Positions 36,701-47,839 of a stretch of 64,000 nucleotides of DNA are shown piece after piece. A program made the position numbers and the translations under genes. Numbering within the stretch: the stretch's first letter is position 1; every line of letters begins with the position of its first letter. Origin of the DNA: Phoronis australis (taxonomy: Eukaryota; Animalia; Phoronida). The notes beneath the pieces are model-generated. The model did no database searches. It worked only from the letters and a program-made list of their open reading frames with translations, and was not told where the DNA came from. The stretch covers positions 1 through 64,000 of the forward strand of contig NMRA01000036.1 of NCBI GenBank assembly GCA_002633005.1. The letters are read 5' to 3'.

Positions 36701-38229
36701 TACAATCTTGGATATGATAGTTCACTTTCACTAAAGTGAATTAGAATCTTTTAAACTTTCTATATTCTTCCTTCACATTTCCCCTCTGGGGTGCATGCAC
36801 ACTATAGGGCTATGGATCTTCATGTGAGACTGTACTTACGTGCACAAGTTGGTCATATGTTACCCATTATGTGAAACATTCAATGAGCAAATCAAAGTGC
36901 AAATTAAATAGCTTATGTGTGAAGGATGTCTTTTTGATATTGTAGATGTTCATGTATTTTCATTAGAAGGTGTCTGATATAAGTAATTTTTGTAAATTCC
37001 TAAGTATGGATAAAAAGGCACTTGTTGTGCACTTGTAAGAGACTACTGCCAGTGCCTAATTTCAAACGTGACGGTTCTGTGAGTTTGTGCTTGATTTAAA
37101 TTTTAAGAGGACAGTGGACATTTTGCAGTTGTTTCAACTTTTTATTTATTGATAATGTCAGTTATTCTGAGTAGCTGTATTGAATGCTAAATCAGTGGGT
37201 TAAAAATGGCTCATTTTAAAGTAACATGAAATAAGAATGACGCATTTTTAAGCCAAAAGTAACACCTGTGTGCTCCATTCCTACCTTAGTTAAACAATAT
37301 ATTATGAAAAGTGGTAACATCCCTTATTTCACGACTGGGTGTTTTGAGAGTATCGCAAAATTAAATCAAAACATTTGACATTTGTCACTGTGTAGAACGG
37401 GGTGTCCCAAGGTAATAGTAACATTACTCAATATAACTTAACAAATTTTCATCTGTTGTGTTTGTAGGGCTACAATTGAATTTCACTGAGACGTGGGGTG
37501 ACATGCATTATATGGGCCTCACCGGATTGGAGGTTATTGGAAAAGATGGGGTGACGGCCCTTCCTGTTACCATGGAGATTCTTGATGCACAGCCTCGAGA
37601 TTTACATGTTTTGCCGGGATATGACAGAGATGATCGAACCCTCGATAAGTAAGTCAATATTAGATATTGCTCTTTACCTAAAAACTCCAGCATTCTACAT
37701 AGTTATGTTTCCTTAGCAACAAGGCAGTGTAATTTTAACCAAGTTGTTTTTCAGTTTTGAAATCATTTTCTTAAATTTTAAGCCATGATAGAATTAGATG
37801 AATCAAAAGCCATGGCACACTAAAATGACACTAAACGTCTGCCTAAAATTGCCTTGTACAATTCCTCAATTCAGACATTTCCTATGTCAGTCTCATCAAA
37901 ATGGTCATGGAAGTTTTTCCATTGTCGCTCAAGCCTTTCAAATTGCTATTGTATGACACTAGGTCAAAGTGTGCAAACCATTAAATGATCTGCCAGTTTC
38001 TCTATTGAGTTGTGCCCTTATAAATACCAAACAGCTGCCTGATAATTCACAATTTCCTTGCAGGCTCATAGATGGCGCCAATGTGACATCATCTGATGAG
38101 CACATGTGGATGGTTCCGTTCACTGCGGGACAGAGCCACCTGGTGACGGTACACTTCCCGCAAGAGACACAAATGACAGGATTGCGGTTCTGGAACTACA
38201 ACAAGAACCCTGAGGACACCTATCGGGGC
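12731..38229 (+). CDS. KATNIP: Katanin-interacting protein KATNIP/KIAA0556 orthologue; spliced CDS, 29 exons traced, 3' end not found in window
   Basis: Exons: 12731-12737, 14229-14311, 15391-15461, 16509-16657, 17495-17653, 18579-18679, 20114-20284, 20747-20812, 21574-21736, 22380-22532, 23562-23746, 24458-24636, 25473-25602, 25914-26102, 26463-26594, 27562-27982, 28489-28861, 29852-29899, 30720-30781, 31468-31561, 31985-32250, 32884-32959, 33428-33569, 34092-34289, 34908-35045, 35648-35791, 36191-36314, 37468-37648, 38064-38229. All introns are GT-AG with compatible phases (total 4371 nt). Motifs recognised from vertebrate KATNIP: YDEYLNLLQQKNR, EQGFALYLNGAN, LLQALQAENAA, and three DUF4457-type repeats (TWGD..Y/IG.TG/E, L.DG.N.T.D..HMW..PF, WNYNK). 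Confidence 0.95.
13022..13120. mobile_element. Degenerate copy of the 110-bp hairpin MITE
   Basis: Shares agaaccagttt..ccact.aataacggg and ggtc..atata / tatat..gacc ends with 24913-25022. Confidence 0.6.
14229..14311 (+). CDS. KATNIP: KATNIP exon 2
   Basis: ttctag acceptor, gtctgt donor; SKGRRQWGKAPGKGYVAQLKTQKQHEK; phase 1 to 0. Confidence 0.75.
14738..15230 (-). mobile_element. TTAA-flanked MITE family A, copy 1
   Basis: TTAA-aggttacgtaggacctta...tagggtcttatttagcc-TTAA; reverse-complement homologue of 43986-44401. Confidence 0.75.
15391..15461 (+). CDS. KATNIP: KATNIP exon 3
   Basis: VTYAKEEVNPAYDEYLNLLQQKNR resembles the vertebrate DEYLILLQQRNR motif; AG/GT bounded. Confidence 0.93.
15523..15925. 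mobile_element. Palindromic (fold-back) MITE family B, copy 1
   Basis: Arms attttccgccctgcttttgtgttaacttaagatt / aatcttgagttcgcacaaaagtagggcagaaaat and ctagtttgcac / gtgcaaacttgg; boundaries approximate. Confidence 0.65.
16509..16657 (+). CDS. KATNIP: KATNIP exon 4
   Basis: Conserved KEQGFALYLNGAN motif; ccag/gtatgt. Confidence 0.93.
17495..17653 (+). CDS. KATNIP: KATNIP exon 5
   Basis: RSKTAPEKRKNW..SVHIKSEKG resembles the vertebrate SRTAP..RRGW..SVQIRTE segment; phase 1-1. Confidence 0.85.
17800..18145. mobile_element. Palindromic MITE family B, copy 2
   Basis: gaactcaaaattatttttggcattt / aatgccaaaaataatttcgagttt arms; homologous to 50244-50612; boundaries approximate. Confidence 0.65.
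18579..18679 (+). CDS. KATNIP: KATNIP exon 6
   Basis: Acidic segment NYEEDFEDY; ttttag acceptor; phase 1-0. Confidence 0.85.
19709..19789 (+). pseudogene. THAP zinc-finger N-terminal remnant, probably from a deleted DNA transposon in KATNIP intron 6
   Basis: MVGCCVVGCSATRVKCKGLSFH matches the THAP start pattern M.xC(C)VxGC...GLSFH, then stops. Confidence 0.65.
20114..20284 (+). CDS. KATNIP: KATNIP exon 7
   Basis: Open acidic exon LARHLSM...SFEEVK; cccag/gtagag; phase 0-0. Confidence 0.85.
20747..20812 (+). CDS. KATNIP: KATNIP exon 8
   Basis: QLRKSLEM resembles vertebrate ELRRSLEL; strong polypyrimidine acceptor, gtgagt donor. Confidence 0.9.
21574..21736 (+). CDS. KATNIP: KATNIP exon 9
   Basis: PADTIVLEF motif; gtaaga donor. 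Confidence 0.9.
22380..22532 (+). CDS. KATNIP: KATNIP exon 10
   Basis: tttag/gtaaga, open, phase 1-1. Confidence 0.85.
22726..23212. repeat. 61-bp minisatellite x8 in KATNIP intron 10
   Basis: Unit aggaatcttgaaaaaattgttttatactggcgttatgtagttattttatatatttatgttc, near-identical copies. Confidence 0.97.
23562..23746 (+). CDS. KATNIP: KATNIP exon 11
   Basis: Conserved ALLQALQAENAAV motif; phase 1-0. Confidence 0.9.
24458..24636 (+). CDS. KATNIP: KATNIP exon 12
   Basis: Ends ISHAVNRVLEMKPR; phase 0-2. Confidence 0.85.
24913..25022. mobile_element. 110-bp hairpin MITE with 8-bp target-site duplication
   Basis: CTAAAGTC at 24905-24912 and 25023-25030; the element folds back on itself (ttttgagaaccagttt / aaactggttctcaaaa). 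Confidence 0.8.
25046..25240 (+). mobile_element. Interspersed repeat family C (other copies ~30480-30660 on -, 32996-33180 on +, ~40600-40700 on -)
   Basis: Shared gacaaaagtaatcagacaaaatac...cagcaaaaatgac...gtggcaaaatttt...gccacctttctaact. Confidence 0.7.
25473..25602 (+). CDS. KATNIP: KATNIP exon 13
   Basis: RQQRMLIKALGKLE resembles vertebrate RQQQKLLKVLQAVE; phase 2-0. Confidence 0.9.
25914..26102 (+). CDS. KATNIP: KATNIP exon 14 (first DUF4457-type repeat)
   Basis: ISTWGDGKRIGLTEIQ...NLLNGRYK. Confidence 0.93.
26463..26594 (+). CDS. KATNIP: KATNIP exon 15
   Basis: TTKEKNMW...IKVWNYNKS; gtaagt donor. Confidence 0.93.
27562..27982 (+). CDS. KATNIP: KATNIP exon 16
   Basis: DLSIGVKDVKV...DKGCGNQVFDYG followed by a low-complexity linker. 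Confidence 0.92.
28489..28861 (+). CDS. KATNIP: KATNIP exon 17 (CAGCAG tandem acceptor; alternative start 28492)
   Basis: Open S/T/P/K-rich exon, phase 1-2, gtaaga donor. Confidence 0.85.
29852..29899 (+). CDS. KATNIP: KATNIP exon 18 (48-nt symmetric small exon)
   Basis: Long pyrimidine tract plus acag; APSVSRPQWLSETPQ; gtaaag donor; phase 2-2. Confidence 0.7.
30720..30781 (+). CDS. KATNIP: KATNIP exon 19
   Basis: EAPSKKKSNRPKWLQSADVP; phase 2-1. Confidence 0.8.
31468..31561 (+). CDS. KATNIP: KATNIP exon 20
   Basis: EPFEAPPESRAGNR...; phase 1-2 links exons 19 and 21. Confidence 0.8.
31985..32250 (+). CDS. KATNIP: KATNIP exon 21
   Basis: LEKSWTSLDMFNHSQKGRLS resembles vertebrate LQESWSSLSAFDRSHRGRIS. 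Confidence 0.92.
32884..32959 (+). CDS. KATNIP: KATNIP exon 22
   Basis: GDALDEYLQ motif; phase 1-2. Confidence 0.88.
33428..33569 (+). CDS. KATNIP: KATNIP exon 23
   Basis: FVIPELPYGKELVMNIRTTWGDRHYVGMTGIEVF. Confidence 0.96.
34092..34289 (+). CDS. KATNIP: KATNIP exon 24
   Basis: ADPADINVLPGYSSDPRVVTNLVDGVNRTRDDIHMWLAPF. Confidence 0.96.
34430..34829 (+). mobile_element. 5'-truncated copy of the DINE-1/pearl-like family
   Basis: Three subunits (gcgcctcctgttggc, atccctcagtggc, tgtcacctagtgtc) and the same CAATGC..CTCTTGTT end; start boundary approximate. Confidence 0.6.
34908..35045 (+). CDS. KATNIP: KATNIP exon 25
   Basis: NYNKSRIHSYRGAKDV...IFKGEIARACG. Confidence 0.96.
35648..35791 (+). 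CDS. KATNIP: KATNIP exon 26
   Basis: TILFTMDENILE...RPATAD. Confidence 0.94.
36191..36314 (+). CDS. KATNIP: KATNIP exon 27
   Basis: SRPFTSA...VYKGR; phase 0-1. Confidence 0.9.
37468..37648 (+). CDS. KATNIP: KATNIP exon 28
   Basis: LQLNFTETWGDMHYMGLTGLEV...DDRTLDK. Confidence 0.96.
38064..38229 (+). CDS. KATNIP: KATNIP exon 29 (last found in window)
   Basis: LIDGANVTSSDEHMWMVPF...GLRFWNYNKNPEDTYRG followed by a gtgagt donor; no stop codon. Confidence 0.96.
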
Positions 38230-40670
38230 GTGAGTTGACACTCTTTTTTCATCAGCCATGTCATACAAAGGCCATGTGCCAAATTTTCGGAAATAATTCA
38301 CCTACGTAGACCAGAATCTGGCGGACAAGAGGAATTTTATTGTGTGAAATTTTCAACAAAATCATTTAAAAGTTAGTTTGTTTGGTGCTATGTAGCTGTC
38401 ATAGCATCAAGGAGGTCAACATTTTGTGCTAAATACGTGTAATATGATATCTTCCTTATACAATAAGTTCTTAGTTTTAGTACATTCGTCTTATGTAGCA
38501 CAGCCATGATTAATCCACTTCAAAATTTTTTATCTTCTTTTTCAATTTGCTCTGGATGAAATGACAGCATTTTATTGGTTCCACAGGTGTTCTGTTGTGT
38601 CAGGATTTTATTATAAAGTCTTGGTTCCTCTTTATTAGGTATCCCACCTCTTTATAAGCTATCCCGTTAGGTCGCTGTTGTCTTTGCCAAATGTTTGTTT
38701 TGTCAACTATTGCCTTCTATCATTATTTCTTCACTTTTTGTGTTCATCTGACGTTGACATTTACGATACTCACATTACTTTTTCGGAAATTAGTGAGAAT
38801 TGTCTGCCCTTACGTGAAGGTGTTCTAATCTAATTATAGATCACCTCGTCGTCATTGTGTTCGCCTCATTTTGGCGGCTGGGTAATAACGGGTCATGTAA
38901 TTGTGTAATGGTCTCCTTGAACTAGCGATTCCTAGCGATTTCTTTTGAGTTCATTGTTTACTCTATTTATGAAAGATTTGCGACTTCAGCGAGTTCGTTG
39001 TAACAACGCATGTATAGCCTGAACAGCCATTTTATGGTTTGCATCAAATTTTTTATCAATTATTTTGATAACTTTTACAATGTTTTAACAAGAATGTATC
39101 ATGAAATTTGTTCCTGTTACTGAAGTGCCTCCACTAACCAACGATATATCTACACATGAATTGAGACAGATATTGTGATGTCAGGTCTTAATGTGGCTAA
39201 TAAACGTCACTCTAAAAGTTTATCACCACTAAATTTCCATACAACATTGATTGTAATTCTGTACTTTTCCCATTGTTCGATTATTTGATGTCTCAAGTGC
39301 AGGCCGGGTGTAGGCAAACATCTGCCACCGAGTTACAAGGTAACTACGTGAGGTCTAAAGTGTAATATGGAGTCATGATAAATTCTCTATGATGTTTTTT
39401 GTACGCTGCCAGCCAATGACAAATATTTGATCATCAGGCACATTTCATTGGTAACAATTGACATCCATTCCTTGTAAACAACAGCTGTTGGTTTACCACT
39501 AGGTCACACCAAAGACAAAACAAACATTAATGAGTTGGCCTCCCTGATGAAACTTCCTTTTTAATGGGTATAAGTAGCAAGCTGCAATAAAACTTAGTCT
39601 ATTCCAGTAGAATAAAGGTCACACTTCCCCGTTCAGTCACGTAATAAATCTCATCATTGAACCACCAAAGAGACTATGCGTTGGCACATGCCGGTCTAAG
39701 CACGGGAAATTTTCGATAAGTAGTCATCAGTTTGTATAGTCAGAAACTGACATTTTTTGGTCTTTCCAGTTCATGGTACACTAGAGGTCTGTTTCATGAA
39801 AACTGGCTTAAGGCTTATGTCAGATTTTTTAATTGCTACGTGCAAATTACGGAATAAAGTTTTTGTCGTGAAATTGTTAGTACATCGCCTTAAAGCTATA
39901 ATAGTTAATTCAATTTTGTATCAATAATTAGCAATCATGGGTGAATTCTCTAACACTTTGTACTTTGCTGAAGTGAGATTAAAATAATTTTTGCGAAATA
40001 ACGGTATGGAGTGTAAGACACAATGTCTGACTGAAGTTTTAAGTCACTTTTAAAAAAACAGCCATCTGACTTGAATTGTAAGTTTTTTTAGCACATATCA
40101 TATTCCAATTACATGAATTTGTCTACTCTCTCTTGGGGTTTCCCCCATAAAATATAGCTATGGTGTTAACAGTCTGTATGGATGAAAATATTGTCTTACA
40201 GCAGTTTTCAAAAAAAACGTTGACGAAGTTTCTTCTCATCGAACATCTGCACAATTTTGCTTCAGTGTTATTTTTTGTCAAATTTCCTTCTAGGGTTTCG
40301 CCGTAAGTTGGACGAAGTTATACAAATTTCAACAAAGTTTGTCGTCTTTTGTTGAACTACTGTACTCGTTTCAAGTCATATTCTTCACAGTTTTTTTTTG
40401 AAATTATTCTTTGTATATTATTGTAACTCCAAGGATGGCACAACCCGAAAAATTTTGTTACAGTACTAGCCAAAAGTATTCCTACAATACGAATGGGAAT
40501 TCGCCAACATGGTGGCTGGGCGGAAGCCAAATTCATAGATAATATAGGGGAATAAACTGGAAAATTAGTCAGTTGACTTAAGTTGTTCTGTAATTATAAT
40601 TTTGACACTCCAATACTTGTCACCAGTAACTTTTGTTGTGACAAAATTAGCCATCATGAGGGGGAAGTGG

Positions 40671-40830
40671 TATTTTGTCTGATTACTTTTGTCTTGCTCT
40701 GTATTTTGTCTTATTATGCTCTGTATTTTGTCTGATTACTTTTGTCTTGCTCTGTATTTTGTCTGATTATGCTCTGTATTTTGTCTGATTACTTTTGTCT
40801 TGCACTGTATTTTGTCTGATTACTTTTGTC
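40671..40830. repeat. Tandem array of 31/22-bp units derived from the end of repeat family C
   Basis: attttgtctgattacttttgtcttgctctgt alternating with shorter attttgtctgattatgctctgt. Confidence 0.9.
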
Positions 40831-43800
40831 CAGTACTGTTTGTTAAAGATCACTCTTCAGATTGCAACCATTCCCCTAAAATGAGAATTCCTAGGAAGCA
40901 TTTTATGTCTGTAGAGTCTTGTTTCAGATTTGTCCTTTTCACTCTATCAAGGTCACATTCTAGTTCCTCAATTCATTTGGATATTTTTGCAATTCCTAGA
41001 AAAGAAGCTTATTTCATAGAAAGGATGTTCTCAAACATGTATTCCCCCCCCCCCCATAGCCATGGCTCAGTTTTTTGGTTAGCAGTAACCCTTTTCATTT
41101 TCAACAAGGGAGGAGTTTGGGCTTTCAAAAAAATTCGGGAATTTTGGAATAACAGAAACAGTCTTGCTTTTTCCCTTTGTATTTTGAAGTTGACAGAGCT
41201 GTTCCACCATTCCAATTTTATATCATTATTCATTTTTTGATGTATCGATCAATGAATGGATTGGTTGAGATAGGATATTTGATAGCTGCAGAAAATGTGT
41301 TTGTTCACGTCTGCAGTCAGAATGAATACAAAATGAATAGTGTTACTCAGATGATATGCATCATGGGAAATAGTGAAATTTCACTTTATTTTTAAATTTT
41401 CCAGTGAAAATATAAACATTAAAAGAGCATCACTTAGCTGCTTTGCACTGTACAAAAAATGTTTTATAAAAATTTGAACATTTGTTGTTCAAAAATGAGG
41501 AATCTACGCTGTAGTTGACAGTTCGACTAAATGATGAAGGTAGGACAGGACATCATTTTTGAATCATTAAAGAGAATCACGTTAATTTAAAGGCTTTTTT
41601 GATTATGGAATGTTAGATAACACTGGATGAATAAGTAACTGTGATGTTTTAGAATCCATGTAAAATTCTTATGGCACTGTGCTGAAATGTCTAATTAAAT
41701 TTGTGTGTTATGTGCCTATGCTTGAGACGGAGACTATTAGACGATCGAAACTACTCGATGTGTGTGCGTGTCTGTGCTTTGTTTTAATCACTGGGCACAT
41801 TAACCAAGGGCCCATGGGCTTGAGTAATGAAAACTGAAAATTGATAAACACAGCTGAGAAGAGTTTGTACTGAAATATGTACGCATATAAAACGAGTCTA
41901 CTTATTCAAGTTACCTTGCTTATGGCCGTAATTTGTAACCCTTGGGACCATGCTTAAAGTTAGGAATTACCCCCAGTGACAATTTTTGTATAAGTCGTCG
42001 TTATGTTGAGTTAAATGGTAAGACCCTGGTATAGCAAGGTAATTTGCTGTATAGAGATCCAAAGCATCATATTTTATCAGAAAACTCTTGCAAACGTTAA
42101 GGATGAAATTTGGTTTGTTGTTGAGAAAATTATTTGTCATTTTCATGATTAATTTTTCTTCTATCAGTTTTTAAAACTTCCTTTATACAATACAGTCCTG
42201 AGAATGGTTAAATAGCCTGTTTTACTTTCAATGTCTTCATTTCTGGAATGAAGGTGGTGCAAGGTAAAGTAGAATGTATTACTGTCAGTGTTTAACATTG
42301 ATTATAGACAGTAAAATTTCCAAAGCACACAGAAAATTGACTTTGAGCTCTACTGTATGGTAACAGTGGATGTGTTTGCTGGTAGTAGTTCAGTGTACAT
42401 AACACTATGTTCTCTGAGAGAGGATTCGCCGAAATTCATACCTCTAGATGCAGTCAATCGGGTCTGTGTTATTTACCTTGTTTATTCTTCTTGTTGGATT
42501 CAGTTGCTCTCAGTCTGACACTGCTTGATTTGTCCGACACGTCTGCACATTCATGGGGAAACGGGGGAGATAAATCTCATGCATTTTGAGTTTTTCAGCA
42601 CCAACTAGACGCCGCTCAGTAGAACAGCTTTTAATTCAAGTCCTTAAATTATGAGTTATTTATGTTATAGCTTCAATACATTCTCTGTTGTGGCAAAAAG
42701 TGAATCGTTCGCAATTTAGTGAGATTTAAGTAGTTGTTCATATTGTATAAAATGCCTTGGTCATATTTCTTGGACTTCCTCTCCAGGTTTCCCATTTTTT
42801 AAAATGGAGGATTTGTTAAATTGGTATAGATCTTAGGTTAATTGGTTGACAAACCTTGCATGCCACTGTTTGACTTCAGGACAATTCACCCATATATAAA
42901 CCAGATATCAAAACAATAAACAATATCTTATTTGATTCATAATTGATAATTGTGACAAGTTTCCCCTGATATTTCTCTATAGGTCAGTGTGTTCGTGCAC
43001 CATACATTTTGTGTATTCCCCCATTAAGCATAACTAGTTAAGTTGATATCCTGTCATCCTAATCTAGGTTGCCTGTCCAGATCAATTAGAGAACCATTTA
43101 TTTCCATTCTCAGTTCTGGGTTTCCTGTTTTCACAACTTTATCACTGCATCGCTTGAATTACACTAGCAACAGTCCACAATATCATACCAATCGGTGTTG
43201 GTTAAAATTGAATGCAAAGTGGCATGCTTTCTTTTCATGAAATGAGAAATCCTTTAAATATTTCTCATAGTCCTATTGGTGGCTGTTTAAGTGAGTGTTT
43301 TGGTTGTAAGGGTTTATATATTATACATACATATACATTATACACAGACATAAACAAATACATATACATATATATTATTCAGAGTGGCATTTACAGTGTG
43401 GAAAAACCTAAATTAGTGAATTGTTTTTTACAATTAGTTACTCACTTGGTCTTCAATTATTGGATGATTCCACAAACATTGATCAATGTTACCGTGTTAC
43501 CGTGTCACTGTGATGCTGCAGGAAGTTTCTACTTAATTCGTGCAGTGGATACCTGTGTTTTGTTGCACAATGAGTCGACTGTTTTATAATACTTTCGCTG
43601 TCAAGTTAATGACGACAGCTCATTTTGTTTAACCTTTCTTACTATTACATGTCACCAGGATTAGAATTTAACACATTTGGCTCACATTATCATAGAACTT
43701 GCCTGTCACATTATTCAGTGATTTTCTTGGCTTGGTTTAGGTGGCCTTCATAGCTATCTTTTTATCAACGCCATTCCATCGAGGATGTCCTTAATTTTTA

Positions 43801-43985
43801 TGTCCTTCCGGGATAGATGTTGGCTCATATTTTACGGGAATTCACATGATGGGAAACGAGTGTGAATTTAATTTACTCTATAAAGACATGGTTATTATCC
43901 AATGGGATAGACAATGGTCTTTGAGTGGTGTTATTGAAGAGAGGTCCCTACTTTTATTCTCTGAAAAGGGGGAATCATGGGTTAC

Positions 43986-44401
43986 GGTTACGTAGGACCC
44001 TAGAATAATGTCCAATTTTGGCAAACTTCAGAACATCGTTTCTCAGGAATGACTGATACTATGTTTTATGCACTGTTCCCCAAAGAGCTATTAGGAATTT
44101 TTTTTTTAATGTTCCGCTTTTGCATGAGAGATTCTCAAAAATATGACTTTTATGATGTTTCCGAAAAAATTCAAAAGTTGAATAAAACGAAAGCAAAATT
44201 TTATGTTGTTACCATTAATTTGATATGATTGTAACTTTCTTTTTCACTAAATTTTACTGAAAAGCTATGGTGATGTGACCCAATTAATTGCAGACTACAG
44301 TCTTCTTATTTTCAGAAAATATGTACTTTTACTGAGTTAAAATTTACAGTTCTGTAGATATTTGGCTAAATATAGACTTGCCAATAAGACCCTACGCAAT
44401 C
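43986..44401 (+). mobile_element. TTAA-type MITE family A, copy 2
   Basis: Imperfect TIRs ggttacgtaggacc / gaccctacgcaatc; internal homology to the other copies. Confidence 0.75.
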
Positions 44402-46321
44402 GTAAGGGTCACGTAAATTATTTGAAACCATGCATTTTTGCAACTTGATCTGTCTAAAGCCACCTGGTAAATTTAAAGGTCTTCATTACAGCAGATAAAC
44501 CCGAAGCTATAAAGTTGTTGCTATGAAACTTGTGTTGGTGCTCTCGTTGACGGTGAACACATTTTTCTCTTTGCAATTGAAGTCTTGTTTCTAAGTTATT
44601 GCACAAGTGTGCTCATAACAGCCAGACTGGAACTTTCGGCACACCTGACGTACTCGGGAATTTTAAAAGCCACTAAACCGATGTTGTGGAGTTGGGAGTG
44701 TAATTAGTTGGTAATTATTTCTAAAATTATATTTCAGCATTTGCTACCAAAACTATGGAGTCGAGCGTTTTTGCTTGCATTTTTGGATTTGGCTGTTTTT
44801 GTGGCGCATTCTGGTTATCTTTTATGACAAGTTGTTTACGCGGTTGTAAAATTTATGTTGATCAGGTGTGACAGTTTTAAAACAAGCACTCTTTTTAGTA
44901 TACACAAAATGTGTGTTTTTAAAAATCTGTTTGGGTAGCATATACTGGTTTGCGTTGGTGAAAAGTACTGCATCACTTTTCCCAATACAAATGCCAGAAC
45001 CAGTCATGCTATTTTCTTTGACCTTCTTTGTGAGTAGTTGATTATTCACCGTCACAACTGTTGTCCGGACAATGGTAAACGTTCAAGTTTGCATACTTTT
45101 AAAGGTAAATACAAGTTTGCATATTTTTAAAGGTAAATACCCTCGCTGGCCATCAAAATCCAACTTTTGATTTCATTCACTTATGCAAAACCGGTCTCAG
45201 TATGTTTCTTGCTTGGATTATAAATAATTTCTAGGTTTGAGACTATTCACTTGGATGTTATACCCTACAGCGACAGTGAAACCAGGGCATCGGTCAGGTG
45301 GAAGTTTTTACTGACGCCTCAGCAACAAGCGTTACTTCTTATCATTCAGACCGTGTTTTACAGAAGTCCACAATAATATAAATTATGATAAATGCAAGAA
45401 TCACCCTAAATTTCAGAATCTGGTAAAATTTAATTCCAGCTTCCATTTTGGTGTTCCAAATTTTGGAGATGGACCAAACTGGAGAATTTTTGCTGTACTT
45501 CTGAACTGGTGTCATAAACAGTTCTTCTTAAAGAGGCCTGGTACGTGATAAACAGACTAAATTGTAATATTAAAAGTGGTTCTCTGCCACTGAAACAGAA
45601 TTCAACCTGCACTCCGCGTATTCTTAGGATTTGTTTGTAAAGATTTTTCTTTTAATATCAAAGCATTTTCTTCTAGTTTCAAATTTCAAAAGAAACGATC
45701 TCTCAACTGCTCGCCACTTCGTCGATTTTTTCCCACAAAGCAAAGGATGTCTTCTTATTTGGTATGGCAAGACATAGAGGTAGTACATTTCTCTTATATG
45801 GAAAATGTGACCTTTGACCTCAAGTGACTTCAAGCCACTGATTGAGTGCATGTGCGCATTTATCATAAGTTGGAGGGAGATTAGAAATTCTGTGGGAACC
45901 ACCTTTGCGCGCATTTCAAAAATCGTGATTTCTTGTATTTTTATGGAAATTTCCTCACAGGGGAAAGCGAATTACTCTGTACTAGATATTGCAAGATGGT
46001 ACTTTTGCCAGGAATTGTTTTAAAGATATTTTTAACAAGCTTTCGCGTTCCATGCCTCTTTAAAATTTTATGATCTGTCCACATATATGTAGTGGGAAAA
46101 TAATAAAATGCAGATTTCTGTTAAACTAATGAGTAAATGTCAAAACAGCACTTGACAATACATTGATACCATCGGTACAGGAATGCTGTGGCGTAGTTTG
46201 AACACAGAAACTTTATATTGTTTGTGAAGTTAGCCTTTATCACTCAAATCTCGGCTTCCCTGGTCCGCCTATACAGGGTGATTAATGATACCAATAACTT
46301 GGGATTAAAGTGATAATAAGG

Positions 46322-46940
46322 TTTTATTATGCGTCCACATATAATGTGGTTGCAAATTGCCTTCATCTCTCTCTGGGCATCCGGGCGTCTGGCGTCCGGT
46401 GTCTGCGGCTGTATCTCCTAAACCCCTTGCAGGATCTTATTGAAATTAGGCATGTGTGTTCTTATGGGATTGATGACAGAGGGCGACGAGTTTGGGACCG
46501 ACCTGATTACCGCTGTGCCCCCTAGTGGCAATTTTAGTTTTTTTATGTTCGCCTGTGTATCTTCAAAGGTCCGCAACCGATTTTCATGAAATTTGGCCCA
46601 TAGCCATCTATTAATGAGTTGATGCTATCCTCTTGTTTTTGGATGGATTCAAGGCATTTTGCCCTATCTAGTGGCCATTTTTAGTATTTTCGAGTCCGTT
46701 TTTTGACGTCCGCCCCTCTGTCAACCAAACCACTCTAAGGATGATTGGGAAAATTGGCATGTATGTTCTTACTATAAAGAGGGCGGTTGACGATGATTTT
46801 CTGACAACTTCGACTACTGTGGCACCTCCTAGTGGCAGTTTTGTTTGTTTTTGCGCCCATGGCTGTGTCTCCTAAACACTCCATAGGATCTTTATTAAAT
46901 GCTGCAAATGTGTTTATATGAAGTTTACTACGGACGACGA
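46322..46940 (+). mobile_element. DINE-1/pearl-like element copy (3' end degenerate)
   Basis: ttttattatgcgtCCACATataATGTGG hairpin, catccgggcgtctggcgtccggtgtctg microsatellite, three subunits with ccccctagtggc/ctatctagtggc/cctcctagtggc. Confidence 0.65.
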
Positions 46941-47839
46941 TGGCTTCATGATTTGAAAAGTTGAAAATAGATGACCTTCAGTTGGAAAACATTGTGCAAA
47001 ATAACTGAAAGTTACTATGCTCTCTAAGTGTGCAGTATGTAATTAACCAAGTTTTGGCAGCTTCATGTAAAAGTATCTTGATGTATATCCATGAGTGACA
47101 GGAACATTTGGTGCTGATGAGCAGGATATAGTTATGACAAGAATGTCATGGCAGGCCATCAGATGAAAATCATGGTCTCTACTGATCACAGTCTTACTGC
47201 TGTGTAAACATACCTAAATGTTATTATGTTCCTGGAGAAATAGTGTTTAGGTTTATTTTGAATTCCCTGGTTGTGTTGTTTATTTCTGTGTGGCTTGTGA
47301 AGTTATACCAGGAAGGCTTAGACTAGACTTTTTCCTGTGATAGCCTCCTGCAACACTGAGACCCCCAAGAACATTTCTGGCAAAGCTTCGTCATTTATTC
47401 TGCAGTTGTGGAAAAGCGAAATTTTTTATCAAAGATAAGTGTTGGGAGCCATTTTGCTGCATTATTTTAAGTACGATGTGTACTGCACAGCTGACACCAA
47501 ATGAAACACTATGGATTTTTTAACATTTTAGCAGTGCAATGTTAATCTTTGGATAATTAGAAATAATTTTTAGCAATTTGATTTCTTCGAAATGTACTGT
47601 ATACGGTGGTATTTGATCATGTTGCAGCTACAGATTTTGCACAGTTTTCTTGAGCACATACACGTGTGGTAAAAACTAACCACTCCCCAACACACAATTG
47701 CCAGCAGCGCCCTCTCTGATTCTTCAGTATTTACCCACAATGCTGCACGTCAGTGTGTCACTCATCCCTCTGTTGCCTTGGTTATTACTATTTTATATCA
47801 AAATTGGTTGACCATTCACCACTGAATGACAGTATAGTT

